Positions 1-9,529 of a stretch of 52,592 bases of DNA are shown here, piece by piece. The position numbers and the translations under genes were made by a program. Positions within the stretch are counted from its first letter, which is position 1. The number at the start of each line of letters is the position of its first letter. The notes under the pieces were generated by a model, which was given only the letters and a program-made list of their open reading frames with translations, had not been told where the DNA came from and made no database searches. The stretch lies in the NCBI GenBank assembly GCA_002507245.1, contig DAZI01000077.1, positions 1 through 52,592 of the forward strand, given 5' to 3'. The DNA comes from Candidatus Bathyarchaeota archaeon UBA233 (GTDB lineage Archaea; Thermoproteota; Bathyarchaeia; Bathyarchaeales; UBA233).

Positions 1-845
1 CATGGGAGAATCTGTCTAGAATCAAAAGGTTTCGCATACGATATGTAGGTCTAACTAAAGAAGGCCTTTTGGATTACAAAGCTTTCAATGAAGCTATTAA
101 TAGCAGAACACGAATGGTTTGTGTTCCTCACGTTTCAAATGTTACCGGTATAATTAATGACTTGAAGAAAATAGTTAAATCAGCGCATGATTATGAAGCA
201 TTGGTCCTTGTGGATGGCGCTCAGTCCGTGCCCCACATGCCTGTAGACGTAAAAGAGTTAGATGTAGATTTCCTGGCTTTTTCTGGACATAAAATGCTTG
301 CACCCACTGGTATAGGAGTCCTTTACTGCAAAAAGCAATTACTGGAGAACATGGAGCCCTTTCACGGCGGAGGCTCCATGATTAAGCAAGTAAAGTATGA
401 TTCGAAATCCGAAAGATGCATCATAGAATGGAATGATTTACCGTGGAAATTTGAAGCTGGAACACCCAATATCAGCGGAGGAATAGGGTTAATGGAAGCG
501 GTCAAGTACTTGCGAAAAATCGGAATGGAAAACATCGAGCAACACGAGAGAGAATTGACGAGATACGCGTTAGAAGAATTTAACGAGCTGGAAAAAATCC
601 AAATTGTTGGTTCGAAGGATGTTTCAATCAAGAGTGGCATTATACCATTCCTTGTTGAAAACTTCGATTCACATGACATAGCGCTTTTTCTAGACAACTT
701 TGGAATAATGGTTAGAAGCGGCTTCCACTGTGCCCAACCTCTACATCAACAGCTGGGAATAAGGCACACAGTACGCGCTAGTTTCTATCTATACAATACT
801 AAAGAAGAAATCGACAAGTTGATTGAAACCCTAAAACAGCTATGA
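1..845 (+). CDS. Cysteine desulfurase (class-V aminotransferase, SufS/NifS-like), C-terminal part; 5' end outside window
   Basis: The frame stays open to the window edge upstream of the listed ORF (WENLSRIKRFRIRYVGL...). PHVSNVTG, the PLP-lysine motif FSGHKMLAPTGIG and the active-site Cys loop RSGFHCAQP are hallmarks of SufS/NifS enzymes. Confidence 0.85.
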   Translation, partial: WENLSRIKRFRIRYVGLTKEGLLDYKAFNEAINSRTRMVCVPHVSNVTGIINDLKKIVKSAHDYEALVLVDGAQSVPHMPVDVKELDVDFLAFSGHKMLAPTGIGVLYCKKQLLENMEPFHGGGSMIKQVKYDSKSERCIIEWNDLPWKFEAGTPNISGGIGLMEAVKYLRKIGMENIEQHERELTRYALEEFNELEKIQIVGSKDVSIKSGIIPFLVENFDSHDIALFLDNFGIMVRSGFHCAQPLHQQLGIRHTVRASFYLYNTKEEIDKLIETLKQL

Positions 846-1126
846 GGAATAAACAAACAATGCCCATCCAGCAATACATAGCTAGAATTGAAGAAACATG
901 CGGAGAAGAGAAAGACTTCATAATAGTGTTAAAATATGAGAAGAAAGAAGAAGCCATAAACAAAATCTTAAAAAACGCCACATTAATCCGATCTATTTCC
1001 GGAATAATCTATGACTTAAAATTTCAAAAAGCCTCTTTTCGCCTCTACAAAAACGGGAAAATCATATTCAAAAAACTAAAAGATAAAAAAGAAGTAGAAA
1101 CCCTTCTCGAAAACCTTTTATCCTAA
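842..1126 (+). CDS. Small conserved hypothetical protein (94 aa), paralog of 50321..50671
   Basis: Its ATG overlaps the desulfurase stop (ATGA at 842-845), suggesting translational coupling. It shares blocks with the 50321 ORF: QQYIARI vs PQYLIRL, and FRLYKNGKIIFKKLKDKKEVETLL vs VTFSREGRILIKKVLDKEEAEKV. No family was recognised with certainty. Confidence 0.6.
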   Translation: MRNKQTMPIQQYIARIEETCGEEKDFIIVLKYEKKEEAINKILKNATLIRSISGIIYDLKFQKASFRLYKNGKIIFKKLKDKKEVETLLENLLS

Positions 1127-1202
1127 CATCGTTGGTTAATAATCATTTATTATTTTCGTGTGTGTGAATGAAAAAATTTAAAAGCTATGTGGGGGAATCT
1201 TT

Positions 1203-1221
1203 TGGATGGATTATCCATCCA
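1203..1221 (+). promoter_or_regulatory. Perfect 8-bp inverted repeat TGGATGGA-TTA-TCCATCCA just upstream of the membrane-protein/DUF4430 operon
   Basis: Read directly at 1203-1221. It lies between a TTTAAAAG TATA-like element (about 1180) and the start codon at 1235. Confidence 0.35.
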
Positions 1222-1234
1222 AGAGGAAAGGTAA

Positions 1235-1771
1235 TTGGATACACGAGAGATAACACTCTTAAGCGTTATAACTGCCCTCTGTATTGGAATACAACTAACT
1301 CCGAGACCGCCAAACGTTGAGTTCACATCTTTGCTTGTTTTTCTAACAGGATTTTTATTTGGAGTCAGGTTTGGAATCTTCTTGGGAGCCTTAGTTATGT
1401 TTGTTAATGGTTTATTATCACCATGGGGTTTCGCTGGGGGGATATTGCCTTTTCAGATATTAGGTATGGCAATAATTGGTCTTGCTGGAGGGGTCTACAG
1501 ACGAACTTTTAAAAGCATTGATTTTTCCTTAGAACATCTCTTAGAGGTTACCCTACTCGGAGCTTTTTTCACTTTAGTCTACGATTTCATAACAAATGCT
1601 GGGCATGCTCTTCTTTTCGGCCCAGATTTAATAGCAGTGATCATAACAGGGGCGTTATTTACTCTAATACATGTTTTGTCAAATACTTTGATGTTTGCGT
1701 TTGCCTTCATTCCATTGGTGGAGGTAATCAAAAAATTCTTGGGTGGTGATGTAAAATGGAGAAAAGGTTAG
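1235..1771 (+). CDS. Polytopic membrane protein, ECF-transporter S-component-like
   Basis: 178 aa with 5-6 hydrophobic Gly-rich helices. TTG start in the ORF track. It overlaps the next gene by 16 nt (operon). The family assignment is tentative. Confidence 0.45.
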   Translation: MDTREITLLSVITALCIGIQLTPRPPNVEFTSLLVFLTGFLFGVRFGIFLGALVMFVNGLLSPWGFAGGILPFQILGMAIIGLAGGVYRRTFKSIDFSLEHLLEVTLLGAFFTLVYDFITNAGHALLFGPDLIAVIITGALFTLIHVLSNTLMFAFAFIPLVEVIKKFLGGDVKWRKG

Positions 1772-2202
1772 TGATAATCCTTAGTTTCGGGTTGATAACG
1801 GCTATTTATTTGGGAGTTTCTGTGGCGGGATACTATTACATGCGATATCAACATGCAATTAGACAGTTAGAGGAATATAAGGAGGTTACTAGGTTGGTGA
1901 ATATCTGCATAGACTATGGAAATGGCACTATAAAATGGTATAATGATACATTGATACCCTTGGGTTATGACTTACTTAAAACAACAGAACTCATTGCAGT
2001 TGTGAACTCTACTTATTGGGAGGCTTACCAATCATACAGCGTAGATGCGATTAACGGAGTCTGGAATAATCAATCGAACTACTGGATGTGGTTGAGGTGG
2101 AACAATGAAATAAAAGAGTGGGAATATGTATGGCTGGGAGCTGATCAATACATGCTTTCTGAAGGTGAAACAGTTATGTGGCGCTACGAAAGGACAAGCT
2201 AA
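1756..2202 (+). CDS. Signal-anchored DUF4430-like protein
   Basis: N-terminal hydrophobic anchor. The C-terminal Trp/Tyr-rich block (WMWLRWNNE...GADQYMLSEGETVMWRY) resembles the DUF4430 pattern, which often partners with ECF S-components. Confidence 0.5.
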   Translation: MEKRLVIILSFGLITAIYLGVSVAGYYYMRYQHAIRQLEEYKEVTRLVNICIDYGNGTIKWYNDTLIPLGYDLLKTTELIAVVNSTYWEAYQSYSVDAINGVWNNQSNYWMWLRWNNEIKEWEYVWLGADQYMLSEGETVMWRYERTS

Positions 2203-2244
2203 TAAGAAATCATTTTCTAATGTTGATTATCTTTTTATAATACA

Positions 2245-3180
2245 ATGATTTTTACTCTTCGGAGGGACAGCCACACTGTGAAAATCAGATTTTTCACGGA
2301 GAAAGATGCATCTAATGTGGTTAAACTTCTTAACGAGCATTATAGAGATTCCTATGAATTTATCCCCTACACGGAGGAAGGACTTCTATCTGAAATTCGG
2401 GAAAGGAAGCTTCAAGTGCTTATAGCTGAGGAAGTCGACGCAATTAAGGGATTAATCGCTTACGCTTCAGGACCTTGGGGCGAGGAAATCGAATGGCTTT
2501 CAGTTCAACCGCAATTTAACAGTCGAAAAGTTGAGGATTTGTTGGTGCAAGAGGTTGAAAAACTTGTTAAGGGCGACAAAGTCTTTACAGTAGTTGACGC
2601 AGATAGTCCGGAAATCCAGAAATGGATTCAGAGGGGTTATAAAGTAGAAGGGGGGCTTTATCACATGACCGCTGAATTGGATGTTCCGAAGCCGCTACCG
2701 CTGGTTCCAGAGAAAGCCATACTCCGAAGTTTACGTAGAGGCGAAGAACAAGAAATGGTTGATCTAGTGAACAAAGCCTATGGATGGGAGCGTTTACGCC
2801 TTGAGAGTATTAAAAGATGGAAAGAACGAGATCCCGCTTTTAGCGAAGAGTGGATTCACGTGGCAGAATTTGACGGAAAACTTGTCTCTGTAGTGGTTTC
2901 TCGGATAAATCGAGAGTATAACGAGTATTTTGGTGGCAAACGAGGTTATCTTGGACCAGCAGCAACATTACCCGAATATCAACATAGGGGCTTCGCTTCA
3001 GCGCTTACATGTAAAGCAATGAATTTCCTCTTGGATAAAGGAATGAACTCTGTAGCGCTTTATACTTCAGAAACTAATAAGGCTTCAGTTCCTCTTCTAA
3101 AGAAGTTAGGTTTCAAGATATCGCATCACTGGAAGTTCTTGTACAAATATTTCTCTGAGAAGAGCAAAACTAACTCTTAA
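2245..3180 (+). CDS. Tandem GNAT-family N-acetyltransferase (two acetyltransferase domains)
   Basis: 311 aa. The second half carries a typical GNAT motif A region (LPEYQHRGFASALTCKAM...LLKKLGFK). The first half has EWLSVQPQFNSRKVEDLL. Confidence 0.7.
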   Translation: MIFTLRRDSHTVKIRFFTEKDASNVVKLLNEHYRDSYEFIPYTEEGLLSEIRERKLQVLIAEEVDAIKGLIAYASGPWGEEIEWLSVQPQFNSRKVEDLLVQEVEKLVKGDKVFTVVDADSPEIQKWIQRGYKVEGGLYHMTAELDVPKPLPLVPEKAILRSLRRGEEQEMVDLVNKAYGWERLRLESIKRWKERDPAFSEEWIHVAEFDGKLVSVVVSRINREYNEYFGGKRGYLGPAATLPEYQHRGFASALTCKAMNFLLDKGMNSVALYTSETNKASVPLLKKLGFKISHHWKFLYKYFSEKSKTNS

Positions 3181-3181
3181 C

Positions 3182-3880
3182 TTATAGGAAACTAAGTAAT
3201 TCCCAAAAGCTATGAATTTTTTCCACTTCGCAATTCGTAACGTTGTTACGTCTACTAATTAACAATGCCCTTATTCCGGCATTTCTTGCACCTTCATAGT
3301 CATTTTCCAGAGAATCACCAACAAACAGAGTTTCTTTCGGCGATACTTGTAGCAGTTTCAAAGTCTTCAGAAAGACTTCTCTATTTGGCTTCATACACAT
3401 AAAAGTGTCAACACCTACCTCGACGTCGAAAAAGCCTTCAAGATTAACTTTTTTCATCACATGTTCTATATCGCTTTCCAATCCATTGGAAACTATACCC
3501 AATTTTAGTTTTCTAGCCTTCAACTCATGCAACACTGGTAAAACATCCGGATAAAGTTCAACATCGGCGTAATCCCACCATTCACGATCAATAGTTTTGG
3601 CTAAATCCAAAGCTTGATTCTTGTCCATGCCCAGATCTTTTAAAAGAATTAAATTGAACATTACCCAGAAGTCCTTTCCTACATCTGCAAGCCGACTAAT
3701 ATCTAGCTGTCTACTCGCTTTCTGATGCGCCTTAGCTATTCTATCTAAAGAATAACTCATTCCGTAGGCTTGAAGAATCTTGTCATAAATTTTTATTACC
3801 TCTTCTAGCGTAGCAGCTGTTATTAACGTTCCGCCCATATCAAATAACACAGCTTTTATCGTCAAGACCGAGTTCTCCAT
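3182..3880 (-). CDS. HAD-superfamily hydrolase (phosphatase/dehalogenase-like)
   Basis: Motif I is FDMGGTL (DxG variant of DxD). Motif II is GIVSNG. Motif III/IV is KP...VGDSLENDYEGARNAG. Confidence 0.8.
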   Translation of the reverse strand: MENSVLTIKAVLFDMGGTLITAATLEEVIKIYDKILQAYGMSYSLDRIAKAHQKASRQLDISRLADVGKDFWVMFNLILLKDLGMDKNQALDLAKTIDREWWDYADVELYPDVLPVLHELKARKLKLGIVSNGLESDIEHVMKKVNLEGFFDVEVGVDTFMCMKPNREVFLKTLKLLQVSPKETLFVGDSLENDYEGARNAGIRALLISRRNNVTNCEVEKIHSFWELLSFL

Positions 3881-3944
3881 GTATATTTGACTTTCTTAAA
3901 AGAAGAATTCACCTTTATATTCCTTTAACAAGGAATGAAAAGGC

Positions 3945-4463
3945 ATGCCTATGAAAAAGCTTGAATCCTTTTCAAAAAAGTTGCATGCAGAGAAGGATCC
4001 TGCACATGATTTTTCTCACATCAAAAGAATCGTAAAGATCTGCAAATGGCTTGCAACATCTGAAACGGATGTTGAACTTCTTGTGTGCGCTGCTTACTGT
4101 CACGGAGCATTAGACAAGGAAGAAGAAATTAGAGTATTCTTACGAAAGCTAAACTTTGAGGGTAATCGTATTGAAAACATCCTTTCTACTGCTAAGAATT
4201 CAACTTCTGCTTCGAAATGCCGAACCATGGAAGAGAAAGTATTGTATGACGCCAATGTCCTAGATGCTTTGGGTGCGATAGGCATAGTGCGAGCGTTTAT
4301 CAAAGGAGGATATGAAAAGCAAACCATACAACAGACAATAGAAACTATGAAAAGGAACATGAAGAGAAAGGTTTTTACACGAAAAGCGAAAGCCATTGCA
4401 AGGGAAAGAAAGCTCTTCATGGAAAAGTTCTTGAAACGTTTAGAAATGGAGTTAAGGTCTTAG
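3945..4463 (+). CDS. HD-domain-like metal-dependent phosphohydrolase
   Basis: 172 aa with an N-terminal HDFSHIKRI and later CHGALD/YDANVLDALGAIG, typical of small HD-domain proteins. Confidence 0.5.
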   Translation: MPMKKLESFSKKLHAEKDPAHDFSHIKRIVKICKWLATSETDVELLVCAAYCHGALDKEEEIRVFLRKLNFEGNRIENILSTAKNSTSASKCRTMEEKVLYDANVLDALGAIGIVRAFIKGGYEKQTIQQTIETMKRNMKRKVFTRKAKAIARERKLFMEKFLKRLEMELRS

Positions 4464-4538
4464 TTGAGTTGTCCGTTCATTTCGGGACATAAAATCATTA
4501 ATAAAAGGTATTGCTAAACTGGAAAAGGGAATGTTAAC

Positions 4539-5456
4539 ATGTTAGTCACAAACAAGGAAATTCTGCTTTCAGCGATGAGGCAAAGCTACGCGGTTGGCGC
4601 CTTTAACATTAGCAATTTGGAAACGTTCCAAGCTATAGTTGAAGCTGCAAAAGAAGAACATTCACCGTTAATAATTGCGGTTACTCCAAGCACTATAAAA
4701 TACGCGGGACTAAACAACATTGTTTCGCTTGTTATGACTACAGCCAAACAAATGCCTCTACCAGTTTCATTACATTTAGATCATGGCAAGGATGTAGAAA
4801 CGATTAAAATGTGTATTAAAGCAGGTTTCACCTCTGTTATGATAGATGGCTCTCATCTTAAATTTGAGGAAAACATAGCCTTAACTAAAAAAGTTGTAGA
4901 ATTAGCCCAAGAAAAAGGAATTTCGGTTGAAGCCGAACTTGGACGTTTAGCTGGAATCGAAGAAACCACTGTTGAAGAGCGAGAGGCTTTCTTAACTGAT
5001 CCGGAAGCTGCAAGAGAATTTGTTGATCGAACAGAGGTGGACGCGTTAGCTGTTGCTATTGGAACTTCGCATGGAGCCTACAAGTTCAAGGGTGAACCAA
5101 AACTTGACTTTGAAAGATTAAAAGCCATAAAAGAAAAACTGGGTATTCCACTGGTTTTGCATGGAGCTTCAAGTGTACCTCAAGACATAATTGAAAAAGC
5201 TAACAGATATGGAGCCAAGCTTAAAGGAGCCAGGGGAGTACCAGAAGAACACATTAGAAAAGCAATTTCTTTAGGTATTTCAAAAATTAACATCGACACT
5301 GATCTTCGCCTAGCGTTTACGGCAACTGTAAGAGAAACATTGGCGATTTCACCGGAAATTTTCGATCCTAGGAAAATTTTAAGTCCAGCCAGACAAGCTA
5401 TGAAAGAAGTTGTGAAAGCAAAAATGCGGTTGTTTGGGAGTTCTCATAAAGCCTAA
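4539..5456 (+). CDS. fba: Class II (metal-dependent) fructose/tagatose-1,6-bisphosphate aldolase
   Basis: AVGAFNISN, LHLDHG, AIGTSHGAYKF, VLHGASSVP and ISKINIDTDLR are the conserved class II FBA/GatY-family blocks. Confidence 0.88.
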   Translation: MLVTNKEILLSAMRQSYAVGAFNISNLETFQAIVEAAKEEHSPLIIAVTPSTIKYAGLNNIVSLVMTTAKQMPLPVSLHLDHGKDVETIKMCIKAGFTSVMIDGSHLKFEENIALTKKVVELAQEKGISVEAELGRLAGIEETTVEEREAFLTDPEAAREFVDRTEVDALAVAIGTSHGAYKFKGEPKLDFERLKAIKEKLGIPLVLHGASSVPQDIIEKANRYGAKLKGARGVPEEHIRKAISLGISKINIDTDLRLAFTATVRETLAISPEIFDPRKILSPARQAMKEVVKAKMRLFGSSHKA

Positions 5457-5474
5457 TGGAGGCGAAGGAGAGCT

Positions 5475-6503
5475 TTGAAAGTTGGAATATTAAGTGGAGG
5501 AGGAGATGCCCCGGGGATAAATGCCGTCATACGCGCTGCGGTAAGAAAGGGAATAGCCTACCATAATTTCAGAATGATAGGTATTCGTGATGGTTGGCGC
5601 GGACTTCTTGAGAATCAAACATTTCCACTTACATTGGAATCGATATCAGGAATACTACCTAAAGGTGGTTCCATACTTGGAACTTCAAGAACTAATCCCT
5701 TCAAACATAAAAATGGGGCTCAAAAGATCTTGAAGAACGTTGAAAAACTGGAGTTGGATGCTGTGGTAGCTATAGGAGGAGATGACACCCTAACAGTGGC
5801 TTGTAAACTATATGAGAAGGGCTTACCCTGTGTAGGAGTTCCAAAGACGATTGACAACGACTTGTGGGGTACTGATTATACTTTTGGGTTCAACACAGCA
5901 GTTTCCATAGCTACCGAAGCCTTGGATAGACTTCATTCTACAGCGGAAGCGCATCATCGAGTTATGATAGTAGAAGTCATGGGACGTAATGCTGGATGGA
6001 TAGCTCTAGAGGCAGGAATAGCGGGTGGAGCTGATGCCATATTAATACCGGAAATTCCTTTCGATATAGACGAAGTTTGTCAATACATTAAAGCACGTCG
6101 AAGGCGGGGAATAACCTTCAGCATAATCGTTGTAGCCGAAGGAGCCAAACCGAAAGGTGGAAAAGAAATATTTTATAGTAAAACTGTAGACGAGTTCGGA
6201 CATGCAAAACTCGGTGGAGTAGGTTATTACGTAGGCAAAGAAATAGAGAAAAGAACTGGAATTGAAACTAGAGTCGTAGTTCTCGGGCATTTACAACGTG
6301 GCGGTTCACCAACGGCTTTTGATCGAATTTTAGCCACAAGGTATGGCGTAGCAGCTATAGACCTTGTAAAGAAGAAAAAATTTGGGAGAATGGTCGCCTT
6401 AAAAGGCAACAAGATAACGTCCGTTCCGTTAAAGGAAGTTATGGCGCGAAAAAAGACGGCGGATCTAAAACTTTACGAACTTGCAAGTGTGTTTTTCGGT
6501 TAA
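5475..6503 (+). CDS. pfk: PfkA-family 6-phosphofructokinase, predicted PPi-dependent
   Basis: GILSGGGDAPGINA, AIGGDDTL, GVPKTIDNDL, VMGRNAGW and GHLQRGG. Starts 19 nt downstream of fba with a GGAGG-like motif in the spacer. TTG start. Confidence 0.88.
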   Translation: MKVGILSGGGDAPGINAVIRAAVRKGIAYHNFRMIGIRDGWRGLLENQTFPLTLESISGILPKGGSILGTSRTNPFKHKNGAQKILKNVEKLELDAVVAIGGDDTLTVACKLYEKGLPCVGVPKTIDNDLWGTDYTFGFNTAVSIATEALDRLHSTAEAHHRVMIVEVMGRNAGWIALEAGIAGGADAILIPEIPFDIDEVCQYIKARRRRGITFSIIVVAEGAKPKGGKEIFYSKTVDEFGHAKLGGVGYYVGKEIEKRTGIETRVVVLGHLQRGGSPTAFDRILATRYGVAAIDLVKKKKFGRMVALKGNKITSVPLKEVMARKKTADLKLYELASVFFG

Positions 6504-7567
6504 CTCTCCACTTTAACAATTTTGTAACCTGAAGCTTTTCGCAGTCGGTTCATAACAGCTAATCCCAAACCCTTTAACGGTAAGCCCTCAGCTACTATTA
6601 TATCTACTCCTTCATCATCGAATTCACGTAAACAAGCGAAAAGTCTTTTGGCGATTACCCTAAAATTTCTTCTACTGCCTAAAGATTTAACGACATCTGC
6701 TTCATATTCCTCCATAGTTTCATCAGTAGCTAAAACACCAGTTCGTTTCTTATCATCCATGAATCGGTTAACCAACTCTTGAATTTTCTCTGAAACTGCA
6801 ACTGTTGAAGATCCTTCAACGAGTATCAACTTCGCCCTAGGCGCGTAATGCTTATGTTTTACTCCAGGAGAACGCGCTCGTAACATCTTTACCTTTTTGT
6901 CAGCTATGGCTACAGGATGCAGCCTAACTTTGCCTAAAATCTTCACAAGTCGCTCATAGGTTACCCCGCCTGGCCTAAGAACTTGGGGGGGATTAACAGT
7001 TAAATCAACAACCGTGGACTCAACACCTATTCGTGTAGACCCGCAGTCTAGAACCAAATCGATCCTACCATCCAAGTCTCTCAAAACATGTTCCGCCGTT
7101 GTCGGACTTGGTCTTCCAGCTAAATTCGCGCTTGGAGCCGCTATTGGAGACTTGGATTCTCGAATTAAGGCCAAGGCAACTTTATGTCGTGGCATTCTTA
7201 TAGCTACAGTATCAAGTCCAGACACGGTAATATTAGGCAAAATTTTTGAACGTTCCAGAATAATAGTTAACGGTCCAGGCCAGAGGGCTTTCATTAGCTT
7301 TTCAGCTTTTTTCGGTACCTTTTTGGCTAGCATGTATACGTCGTTCTTATCAGCTATATGAATTATAGGCGGGTTATCAGGCGGGCGCTTTTTTGCTTTA
7401 AACATAGCTTTTACGGCTTTGGGATTCAAAGCGTCAGCCCCTAGTCCATAGACGGTTTCAGTTGGAAAGGCCACAAGTCCTCCGTTCTGGATTATTCTCG
7501 CCGCTAAACGAATAAGTCTGATTTCTGGTTTTGTTGAACTAACTTTTAGTACTATAGTTTTTTTCAT
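6500..7567 (-). CDS. sua5: L-threonylcarbamoyladenylate synthase Sua5 (YrdC + Sua5 domains)
   Basis: GGLVAFPTETVYGLGADA and SANLAGRPSPTTAEHV form the YrdC fold, followed by a C-terminal Sua5 domain of about 130 aa. Confidence 0.88.
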   Translation of the reverse strand: MKKTIVLKVSSTKPEIRLIRLAARIIQNGGLVAFPTETVYGLGADALNPKAVKAMFKAKKRPPDNPPIIHIADKNDVYMLAKKVPKKAEKLMKALWPGPLTIILERSKILPNITVSGLDTVAIRMPRHKVALALIRESKSPIAAPSANLAGRPSPTTAEHVLRDLDGRIDLVLDCGSTRIGVESTVVDLTVNPPQVLRPGGVTYERLVKILGKVRLHPVAIADKKVKMLRARSPGVKHKHYAPRAKLILVEGSSTVAVSEKIQELVNRFMDDKKRTGVLATDETMEEYEADVVKSLGSRRNFRVIAKRLFACLREFDDEGVDIIVAEGLPLKGLGLAVMNRLRKASGYKIVKVES

Positions 7568-7743
7568 ATCATTTTCAACGCGTGAAAGCGTTATCTCTTC
7601 TCTAGAACAAACTTCTTTAAAAAATAAGCGACAAAAGTGGGAGCCAAAACCTTTCGTTTATTTATTCAAAAAATTATGTTTTTTAAGATTAAACAACAAA
7701 ATTTTTGAAAATATGAAGTAGAAAAATTTTATATGTAAAATCT

Positions 7744-9480
7744 ATGCGAACTATTTTCTCTAAACCGGGAGAGGAAAGATTGAGCAAAAGAAGGATACTG
7801 CTCTTAGCCTTTGCTACTATTTTGATTTTCGCCTTCGTTGCGCCCATTACGATGGCGCTTCCAACCTCTTTGCCTTCCATGGAAGTCAAAGTTAAAGGAA
7901 ACTTCCCTGAAGGACAATGGAGCCGAGTAATAATTCACCTACGCGAAAAAGCAACAATAGAAAAAGCTAAAGTTTTAGATCAGCTCCCCTACTTCAAACT
8001 TGGATACGCTGTAGATGGAGAACCCTACATTTTTAACATAGGAAACTTTCATGCGATCGCTGGAGAAATATACGTACCCTCAGGTATTGAAACACTTGTA
8101 TCAAGTTATTATCAAATGGTTTCAGCAATCGTTAAAGAACAGGAATTTCACGTTACACTTGACACAAGCGTAGACTACATAAAGGCCAAACAAGTTTGGA
8201 ATTTCGGATATAAAGGCGCTGGTGAAGTAATAGCCATAATTGACACAGGAATAGATGCAAACCACATGGACTTAGATGAGGGAAAAGTCATAGCTTGGAA
8301 AGACTGGATAAACAACAATCCATCACCTTATGATGATCACGGACATGGAACACACTGTGCTTCTACGGCTGCCGGAACAGGAGAAGCTTCCGGCGGGCTA
8401 TACACAGGAGTAGCTCCCGAAGCTTCATTAATAGGCTTAAAAGTTCTAAACTCAGCTGGAAGCGGAACTGAGGCTGACATCATCGCAGCCGTACAATGGT
8501 GTGTAGACAACAAAGACGTTTACGGAATCGATGTTATCAGCATGAGTTTAGGAGCATCCCGTGACGATGATGGCACATGCAGCCTATGTCAAGCCGTAGA
8601 TAATGCTTGGGATGCGGGATTATTCGTTGCAGTAGCCGCTGGAAACGATGGGCCGGGGAGAAACACCATTGGATGTCCAGGAAACGCGTGGAAGGTAATG
8701 ACCGTGGGCGCCATAGATGACTCCACTGGCTCTATAGCTTCCTTCAGCAGCCGTGGACCCACGATAGACACGCGGCTTGATCCTGACATATGTGCTCCAG
8801 GAGTAAGCATAACAGCAGCCAAAGCTGGAACAACTAATCAATACACAACAATGTCCGGAACTTCCATGGCTACTCCACATATTGCCGGGGCCGCTGCATT
8901 ATTAATTGATGCAAAGGGCGGAAGTGTTTCACCAAACCTTGTTAGAGGCGCCATGATAAGCACAGCGGTTGATCAGGGCGATGCTGGCCCGGACATAGTT
9001 TATGGTTGGGGAATCATAGATGTACAAGCCGCCTACAATTGGATACTTAACCCGCCCAGCGCTGATGTTAAAGCGGCAAAAATCAGCTTCGACGCTGAAG
9101 TTTCCACAGGTGGACAAACAGATGTTTCTGTTCAGCTTTGGAGCGTTGGAACTGGTTCCGCCTACAGTGTTTACATTGATGATACCCTTCCAAGCGGTTT
9201 CACCCTTGTAAGTGGACAACTCGATGTTTCAGTAGGCACCATGGCTTCAGGAGGCATATTCAAAAACACATACCGAATAGAGGCTCCAAGCAGCACCGGA
9301 ACATATTACCTTGGAAAAGCCTATATTACTTGGAGTGGTGGTGAAACCTACACCAACGACGTTAGACTTGATGTAACAAGCGGAGGAGGAAGCTGTCTCG
9401 GAACAATTCTGCTAGCAGTTGTACCTGCGGTAACATTTCTGACGGTAGAAGTAAGGAAAAGAAGGCGAAAAAGGAAATAG
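7744..9480 (+). CDS. Secreted subtilisin-like (S8) serine protease with C-terminal Ig-like domain and Gly-Cys/TM/poly-basic tail
   Basis: N-terminal signal peptide. Catalytic triad contexts are IDTGID (Asp), HGHGTHCA (His) and GTSMATPH (Ser). A CARDB/DUF11-like domain follows. The C-terminus is TSGGGSCLGTILLAVVPAVTFLTVEVRKRRRKRK. Confidence 0.9.
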   Translation: MRTIFSKPGEERLSKRRILLLAFATILIFAFVAPITMALPTSLPSMEVKVKGNFPEGQWSRVIIHLREKATIEKAKVLDQLPYFKLGYAVDGEPYIFNIGNFHAIAGEIYVPSGIETLVSSYYQMVSAIVKEQEFHVTLDTSVDYIKAKQVWNFGYKGAGEVIAIIDTGIDANHMDLDEGKVIAWKDWINNNPSPYDDHGHGTHCASTAAGTGEASGGLYTGVAPEASLIGLKVLNSAGSGTEADIIAAVQWCVDNKDVYGIDVISMSLGASRDDDGTCSLCQAVDNAWDAGLFVAVAAGNDGPGRNTIGCPGNAWKVMTVGAIDDSTGSIASFSSRGPTIDTRLDPDICAPGVSITAAKAGTTNQYTTMSGTSMATPHIAGAAALLIDAKGGSVSPNLVRGAMISTAVDQGDAGPDIVYGWGIIDVQAAYNWILNPPSADVKAAKISFDAEVSTGGQTDVSVQLWSVGTGSAYSVYIDDTLPSGFTLVSGQLDVSVGTMASGGIFKNTYRIEAPSSTGTYYLGKAYITWSGGETYTNDVRLDVTSGGGSCLGTILLAVVPAVTFLTVEVRKRRRKRK

Positions 9481-9529
9481 TAGCATAACAGACCTCCAAT
9501 CCCCCATTTTTCCCATCTTCCCTTTTAGT

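Noticed and set aside
8589-9219. Several 60-96-aa ORFs antisense or out of frame within the S8 protease gene
   Set aside because: They are embedded in a CDS with an intact catalytic triad. The locally GC-rich, Gly/Ala-rich coding sequence suppresses stop codons in other frames.
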